64,000 nucleotides of DNA. It comes from the human T2T-CHM13v2.0 reference genome, Homo sapiens. The stretch lies in assembly GCF_009914755.1 (NCBI RefSeq), contig NC_060928.1. One strand, 5' to 3'. Shown piece after piece: positions 39,676 to 64,000 of the stretch. Numbering within the stretch: the first letter of the stretch is position 1; every line of letters begins with the position of its first letter. The position numbers and the translations under genes were made by a program. Under the pieces are notes generated by a model. That model was not told the DNA's origin, searched no databases, and saw nothing but the letters and a program-made list of their open reading frames with translations.

Positions 39676-41458
39676 TCATGACCTAATAACTTCTTAAAGG
39701 CCTCACTTCTTATTTGTTTGTTTGTTTTTTGAGACAGAGTCTTGTTCTGTCACCCAGGCTGGAGTACAGTGGAGTACAGTGATCTCAGCTCACTGCAACC
39801 TTCACCTCCCAGATTCAAGCGATTCTCCTGCCTCAGCCTCCCCAGTAGCTTGGACTACAGGCGCGTGCCACCACACCCGGTTAATTGTCTGTATTTTTTG
39901 TAGAGTTGGGGTTTCACTGTGTTTCAATCTCTTGACCTCGTGATCCTCCCGCCTCAGCCTCCCAAAGTGCTGGAATTAGAGGTGTGAGCCACCGCACCCG
40001 ACCAAGGCCTCACTTAATTTTATCACAATGGCAGTTAAATTTTAACACGAATTTTGAGGGGACACTAAAACCATAGCAGTGTGTTTTTATTGCATAGCTA
40101 AATCTTTCTATATTTAAATGAATTACCGATTGATAAGAACTTATTACTGCCATTTTATTCATTGTTTACTGACCATTTAGTGGTTTCTGTTTTTTAATTC
40201 CTTCATGCTGTCATCTTTTGTGTTTTCTTGAATTTTTGTTTTGTTTTTGTTGCCTTCTTTTTCTTGTATGTGCATCTACTAGTTTTTTTTTTGTAATTTC
40301 CAAGAGACTTACATGAAACCTCTCATTTTAAAATTTTGCCTTCAATTTAACCTTTTGTTTTGTACAGATAGGGTCTTACTTTGTTACTCAGGCTATAGTT
40401 CAGTGGTGCATTCACAGTTGAGTGCAGCCTCAACCTTTGTGGGCTCAAGCAATCCTCCCATCTCAGCCTCTTGAGTAGCTGGAACTACAAGCACATGCCA
40501 CCATATTCAGCTAATTTTGTCAGTGCTTTTTGTAGAGACGGGGTTTTGCCATGTTGCTCAGGCTGGTCTTGAACTCCTGACCTCAAGCACTTGATTTGAC
40601 CTCCCAATGTACTAGGATTACAGGCATGAGCCATCAGGCCCAGTCATTTCTTTTTTTAAAAGATTGAATAGCTTTCTGAGATCTTTATTTTATTTATGTA
40701 TTTATTTTAGAGACAGCGTCCTGCTATATTGACCCAGGAGGTGGAGGTTGCAGTGAGCCGAGATGTCACCACTGCACTCCAGCCTGAGTGATAGAGTGAG
40801 ACTCTGTCTCAAAAAAAAAAAAAAAAGAATCTCTCTTTGTCTTTGAATTCTGGCAGTTTAATTATAATGTGTCCTGAGCAATTTTTATGAGGTTCTTGCT
40901 ATAGAGATTTTAAGCTTCATAAAACTGAATGTCTATTTTCCTTCCAAGATTGGGAAAATTTAAGACATTATACCTTTACACAATTAAAAAAATTTTTTTT
41001 TCTCTGTCTCCTGAACCTCTTAAGAGATGTACATTCCTACAGATAATTATGCAGTGTGGGACCCAAATGCTTCAGTCACTCTTTCTTTTTTCTTTTTTCT
41101 TTTTTTTTTTTTTTTTTGAGACAGAGTCTCACTCTGTTGCCCAGGCTGGAGTGCAGTGGCACGATCTTGGCTCACTGCAGCTTGCGCCTCCCGGATTCAA
41201 GCAATTCTCTACCTTAGTCTCCTGAGTAGCTGGGACTATAGGCGCGCGCCACCACGCCCGACTAATTTTTTCTTTTTTTCTTTTTGTATTTGTAGTAGAG
41301 ACAGGATTTCGCCATGTTGGCCAGGATGGTCTCGATTTCCTGACTTCGTGATTCGCCCGCCTCAGCCTCCCGAAGTGCTGGGATTACAGGCATGAGCCAC
41401 CATGCCTGGCCTCATTCTTTAAGTTTTAATTAGGAACTTTCAAATGACTTACTTTTAA

Positions 41459-41815
<357 letters not shown>

Positions 41816-41983
41816 TGATCCGCCTGCCTCAGCCTCCTGAAGTGCTGGGATTACAGGTGTGAGCCATTGTGCCCAGCTCTCCTTCTTTTTTATAACTCAT
41901 TTTGTTCATGCATTGTTGCAAAAAAAAATTAGTAATCTGTGTACTTTTGCATTTTATTTTTCTTTTGTTGTTTTTTTGTTTGA

Positions 41984-42247
<264 letters not shown>

Positions 42248-44780
42248 TGAGCCTCCTCGCCTGGACTCTTATTGAGATTTTTTAAGATAATTACTTTGAA
42301 TTCTCTGTTAGACATTTTCTAGATCTGTGTTTTATTGTTAGTTGTTCCTGGAGCATTTTTAGTTTCTTTTTGTGCTGTTAGGTTTGCCTGATCCTTCATA
42401 ATCTGTGAAGCCTTGTTTTGATGTTCTTGCATCTGAAGGAGTAAATACTTCTTTCAGTCATTACAGACTAGTTTAGGGAGGTAAATATCTTCTATTGGTT
42501 TTCTGGGCTGATGAGATTTTCACTAGGATCACAGTCAACTGCATTGGATCCTGGTCACGTAACTACTACTGGGTCTACAGTGAAGTTAATGCTTGGCAGA
42601 CCTGTTATTTAAGCATCAGACAGTTGAGGATTCCATTTTCTGAGGAGACTGAACTTTCTTTAAGATCTTGATCAATAAGACTGGTGCTGAGAAAAAAAAA
42701 ACCCAGTTAATATCTGCAAATGGAGATGCTGATACAATAAATATGAGTAGGTGTGGCTCCTGCTGTTTGGCTCTTGCGAGATGTTTGGAAATGCTCTAAC
42801 CTAGTCATTGGACAGGTTTCTAGATGACCGTTACTGAGCGTTGATCACAGCTGAGAGGGTGTGAAACTAATTCATAGGGCTGCTTCAGGATACACAGCTG
42901 AGACCAAAGTCTTCAGGTTTGTTCTGGGTTCATGACATTTCTCCCTCCAGATTTCTAGGTGGGCAGGACTTCTCCCTGCCTCTAGCTGCCAGGGACTGGA
43001 GCTTGGTTATAGGACTGCTTCACAATTCACGGTGGGAATAAAGTCAGCCAGCATGCCTACAGGGACACATGTAGCTGTGCTTTTGGGCAGGTCACAGGTC
43101 AGGAAAAACTCCTCCTGGATTTTGGTTGCATGGACTTGGAGCCAAGTTGTAGTGCCACGTCAAGATCCACCATCAAATAAATATTGGCAAGCCTACATCC
43201 AGGGGCAGAGATGGATATTTCTGTCTGTGGGTCCCTGTGTGAGTAGGATTTCTTCCACATCATGACTGACATGTGCAAGGGGTGCAGTTTGGGGTAATTC
43301 AGAGATCACAGACAGAAGCAACATCTAAAGGCCTTTCACCTGAGACACAGGACATTATGAATCCTCCTAAGTGTCTTGGCAGATGGTGCTAGTGGCATAA
43401 ACAAAACCAAATGATAGCTATGTTTACAATGAGAATTAATTACATTTCATTCTGTATTGTGGGCAAGCATGCCACTCAAGCAAGGGCACACCCTCTCAAT
43501 ACAGCCCTCCTCAGTCTTCGGTTCGCAGTCTTACACATGGATTCCAAAGTTGCCGTAAAGGTTGTTTTGTCAGGGCTTAACTGCTGCATTTTTGTTACTG
43601 TAGAAAGTGTGGGTAGGGAGCCTCCTATTCTGCCATCTTGCTATGCCATATGTTCCGATATGTTCTATGTCAAATTTATCTGATTACAGATTCAGAATTT
43701 CTGAAATAAAGTACTCAGATTTACACATTGTGTAATAAGTAAATGTATTGCAATGCTTCATTCTCATTAGAGCATTTTATTAATTATTGAAATGCATTTG
43801 CTTTTATTGCGGCGCATGGCATGTCAAAGATTCAAAATGCCAGCTCTTCATAAGTCACAGTTGAAAACTAGTTATTTAAAGGATTGTTTTTATGATACGT
43901 CTGTATTATATTCAATATTTTATAGGTCAGAATTTTCTCTTGTTTTCAACTGTATTTTACTGGGGAGTCTCTTTTCATGTAGGTTCTCCTTGATCATTTA
44001 CTTTTTTGTGTGTTTTTAATCTTCATATTTGTATGGTAATTTTCAACTTTGTACCTTTTATGACCATGTATTGTTTAATTCCAATAAAAATCATTGGAGC
44101 AAGTTAAAAAAATATACATAAATATATATGTGACATTTCTGTTGCCTATAAAAGTTATCTATGTGGTATTTGCCTGCAAAAATCACTTTGGGCAAATTTT
44201 AAAAAATATATAAATGCGAATTTTCTATTGCCTATAAAAGTTTTCTATATGGTATTTGCCTGTATAAATATTGACCTACTTTGTTTATAAATTACTCATT
44301 TTCTTGGGTAGTCATCAGTATTTCCTTGTGTAGATGAGCAGTCAAAGAAACTGTAAATTTACCATCTATTTATTGTTTGATTATATATTATTCTGTGAGA
44401 GAAGCACTTGTTATTTGAAGGTGATTTTTGAAAAATGTAACCGTTTTAGGTAGATGTAAATATTTAATTGTGATGAAAAACATAAAATTGCCATCTTAAA
44501 CATTTTCAAGTACAGTCTAGTGGAGCTAAGTACATTTACATTATTTTGCAATGGATCTTTAGATTAATTTTATCTTACGAAAGTAAAATGTAATAATAAA
44601 TAAACTGCCCTTTTCCTCTCTTCAGCTCTTGGAAAACACCATTTTACTTACTGTTTCTATACTTTTGGCTGATTTTTATATTTGTATCACTATAATTATA
44701 TAATGTCTCTTTTTGACTATTTTTTTTAACGGAATGATCTCAGGCTTTGTTTTTGTAAGATGTGTCAGAATATCTTTCTG

Positions 44781-48868
<4,088 letters not shown>

Positions 48869-49699
48869 GGTCTCTGCTCTATTTTTAAATTGTGTGTTAT
48901 TTTTGTTGTTAAGTTTGTTAAATATTCTATAAGTTTATCTTTTGTTGTGTATATTTCACAAATATTTTCTTTCATTCTGTAGATTATCTCTTCACTTTGT
49001 TAACGTTTTCTTTGCTGTGCAAAACATTTTTAGTTTGTTGTAATCCCATTTGCATAATGTTACTTCTTTTGCCTGTGCTTTTGAGGTCTTACTTAAAAAT
49101 TCTTTGCTCTGTAATATGTGGTAAAGCATTCCTCTATGTTTATCCAAATAGCTTTATAGGTTTGGGTTTCACATTTAAATCTTTATTTGCGATTGAGTTT
49201 TTTATACTGTAAGAGCTAGGGGCCTAGTTTCATTTTTTGATTATCATGTAGGTAATCAATTTTCCTAGCACCAATTATTGAAAAGACTGTCTTTTTCCAA
49301 ATGTGTGTTCTTGACATCTTTGTTGAAAATCACTTGCCTCTAGTTTCATGAATTTATTACTGGGCTCACTGGATAGTTTGATCTGTCTGTTTTTATGCCA
49401 GTATCATGTTGTTTTGCTTATTATAGCTTTATAGCATATTTCGGAGTCAGGTAGTGTAATGCCTCCAGCTTGATTCTTTTTGCCCAGGATTACCTTTGCT
49501 ATTTGGGGGTCTTTGGTTGGTCCTGGTTAATTTTAAGCTTGTTTATTCCATTGCTGTGAAAAAAGTCTTTGGTATTTTGATAGAGATGGCATTGAATCTG
49601 TAGATCACCTTGGGTAGTATGGCCACTTTCGTAATGTTTTTTCAATTCATGAGGAAAAATATCTTTCAATTTTTATGTCTTTTTCAGTTTTTTATCAAT

Positions 49700-55230
<5,531 letters not shown>

Positions 55231-56039
55231 CCCTTTTCTGAAAATTTTTAAATTGTTGGACTGTGTTGTTCTAATATTTTGTATACATTGTCATGTTTGG
55301 TTGTTATTTGTACATTAACAAAAAGCTATTTGTCACAATCTTTACAATGTAGCTTTTTCCTGACATAGTCTGAAACCAATTGTCCTTGATAGAGATTATG
55401 GTAACCTCTCATACATGTTCTAAGGATGTGTCCTCTCTGGAATTTTGTGTTTATTTTTCAGTTAAAAGGGTTTGTTCATGTTTCTTCTTAACAGTCTCTA
55501 ATCACTTGTTCTACGTGTTGCCTGTATTTAGCACTGCAGTCTGCTCCTGAAACATTTACATTTGCTTTCAGCAGACCCAATCCCTCCCAAAGTGTATCAC
55601 CATTTCTATCAGCACTCTGTGGTATTGGAGACAGAAACCAGGTTTTGTAAAGACACTCAAAAGCCAGAAGTAAGGATATGTGTATCAGTATTTTTCTTCT
55701 CTTTAAAGGAAGAAGCCAGGAGTTGATACTTCACTCCTAATGGCACAGTGCTATATTGGGGAGGAGGAAGAGCTGTTGGTGGGTAAATGTAACAAACATT
55801 CCTTCCTGTTCTATGTGGCTCTTGGCATTTTGCTTACCTGAGGCATTGCATACAATTAACTCATTTATAGATTTCACAGAAAGGTGTCTTTGTTAGTATA
55901 TGTTTGCTACATGTATATGTCTGTGAAGAAGTTATGGCCTGTGGGATTTTGTTATGCCATCTTACTAATGTATTTTGAATAATTTCATAAGATTTGTAAA
56001 GTATATTTATATGAATCTACTAAGTGGGATAATTTGTAA

Positions 56040-58930
<2,891 letters not shown>

Positions 58931-61276
58931 AGGAACTAACACTTTAGACACTGCAGTAAATCAGAGTATTAAGTATTAAAAAAATCCAAAGTTGAACCTA
59001 TTAGAGAATTTCTTTGTATATAAGTTGAAAAGAAGATTTTTGAAGAGATACTACATTTAAAGTATATTTTTTCACTTGAAAAAAGTATAGATTTTTTGAA
59101 AAGCATATAATAGTTAATTCAACTCAAATTATTTCATACTGTTTCAACATTCCTGTTTATGTGAAAGCATGTGATGAATTGTTGCTGCATCAGAGATAAG
59201 AGAGATTCTTTTTCATTAGGTGGGCATTATTTGTGAATTTTTACAAGAAAGAGTGAGGACAGAAATGAAAGATCCATGATGAAAATCTAGCAGAGAGGCT
59301 TTTTTGTAGTTGACAATATTGAGTGATGCATGAGGTAGGTGTTCAGAGTAATATTCTTCTGCATTATAGTGAGAGAAAATCTGTTTTAGTAGTAAATTGT
59401 TTTACCAATTATACATTTATGTAATAAGATACAGTAAATTTTAAAATTATTTTAAGATTATGTGGGAACATAATTTTTTAACTAAACAAAATTTTTAACG
59501 TGTTGAAATAATTGTTGCTTGAATGAAGTGTCATTATGCCACCAACTTAAACCTATCCCACCTTACTCAATGGTGTAGGTAAAAGATGGTAACAATGGTA
59601 ACATAGTTGAATGACATTTTTAGTATTCTCTTTTTCCAGTGGCTTTAAATAGCAAATACATTGAAGAATATCATTCCCATATGTTGTATTTTCACTCTTG
59701 TTATTTTCCGAAATTTTTGTGGGTACATAGTATGCATATTTATCTATGGCATATATGGGTTATTTTCTTATACAGGCATACAACATGTAATATACCAGAG
59801 TAAATGAGTTATTCATCACCTCAAGCATTCATCCTTTGTATTACACACAATCCAATTATACACTTTAATTATTTCTAAATGTACAATTATGATTGTAGTA
59901 TTATATCAGTATAATTATAATTCATACATTTATGCATCCTGAATACTTCTAAAAAATGTTTTACATTTCTCTTTGAACATGTGGCATCTTTTCCTGCAAA
60001 CTTATACAAACTTTAGTTCCATTTACATGAAGTTAAGTATGTAAATGTGTTGCTGTAAAGATAAACCTTAGGTGTAAGAAAATTATAGAGCAAGCAATTG
60101 TGTTTATGTGAGTTTGTACCTATTTTCCAAAGAAAATAGCAATATTAGAACAAAGAAGATTATGTTAATACCATGGATAATTTACTGGAAATCTAGAAGC
60201 CTGAAACATTCTATATTTTCTTCTTTTTATTTAATGACTCTAGAATCTAATGGATTGTCGTTGAGAATCTCCCCATACAAACTCCTTGTTTTTATTTGTC
60301 TGGTGCTCATGCTAGAGCTATAATTTCTTTGATTCTCTTTTTTGTTTTCACTTCATGAAGTGTTTATTATGTGAGCTGGTCAGAAATTATAAGAATGATT
60401 TTTATAAAATGTAGTGAATGTAAAATTTTTAGATGTAATTTCATAATATATGTATTAAGTTATTTTAGTTAGAACATTTCATTTTGTTGTTTTAATTTAA
60501 GAACCCTATATAAGCTGTTTTCTTTAGTTATTGTTCCTTTCAGTTTTTGTAATTGACATAAATGAGTTTATTTTGCCAATTTGTTCAGGTAAGTACTTGG
60601 AAAACTTTGTCAGTCATGGGGATGTTTTGATCTATTATTGTAGTGAACAAACAAAGTTCTGGGTGTGTAATAGATGCTTCATAATTAGCCATAAATATTC
60701 CTGGAGTTAGTTTGTAGCTCCAAGTAAGAGATTGAAAATAATCTGTGGCGAACAAATGGCATTAATTGTGCATGTGGAGAGGACGTCTGTTCTCAGGCTG
60801 CAGAACCAACTCATTATGAATGTAAAGAGGATTTCTTTTCTTATTTTCTAATTATCTTCAGTTTTGTGATATCTTTATGATTTATCCCCAGCTATGTATG
60901 CCTCAGAGCCTTTCTTCATTTTTGCGTTATGGCTAGTTTGTCACTGTTCTCTTCATTCCACGTAATTTCACGTGGACTTTAGGTTAACTGGGGTGTTTGA
61001 GGTTATTTATAGGTTATCAGTGCAACATTTAGATCACTTGAGATAAGAGTAATTCACTATCAACAGGTAAGAGGATTAAGTCAGTTGGCATTGTTTTTCT
61101 GTGTTTGTAAAAGAAAAATTGTATGAGATTCTATCATAAAGTGTGTAAAATGTAACAAAAGTTAGAATAAGTAAAGCATTAATATAAGTGGGTTGTATAT
61201 TGTACCACCATATGAAGAAACATCAGAATTTTGAAATTTCTTAAGAGGAAATATATCTTAGAAATAAAATTTTTAG

Positions 61277-64000
<2,724 letters not shown>

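Overview
Primate (human-like) genomic DNA containing the complete KRAB zinc-finger gene ZNF141 on the + strand. Its four coding exons are ATG 21375-21377, KRAB-A 27174-27300, KRAB-B 27727-27822 and the finger exon 56056-57254, giving 474 aa with 10 intact C2H2 fingers. The gene has a CpG-island/CCAAT promoter, the intronic microRNA MIR571, a truncated RPS17 processed pseudogene and a long array of decayed fingers in the 3' UTR. The rest is repeat-dense (about 50 Alus, L1, solo LTR13 and LTR22, SVA2, MER elements). The main unexplained structure lies upstream of the promoter: an ~18 kb diverged inverted duplication (arms ~908-9187 and ~12952-18926). Each arm preserves the empty sites of the other's insertions, the arms show patches of much higher identity suggesting gene conversion, and two different Alu subfamilies sit at the same paralogous nucleotide. 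An antisense L1PA in intron 3 has a microhomology-joined internal deletion but keeps its 5' UTR and an ORF0-like frame facing the finger exon. All identities were counted by eye, and repeat subfamily names come from recalled consensus sequences, so they need RepeatMasker/BLAST confirmation.
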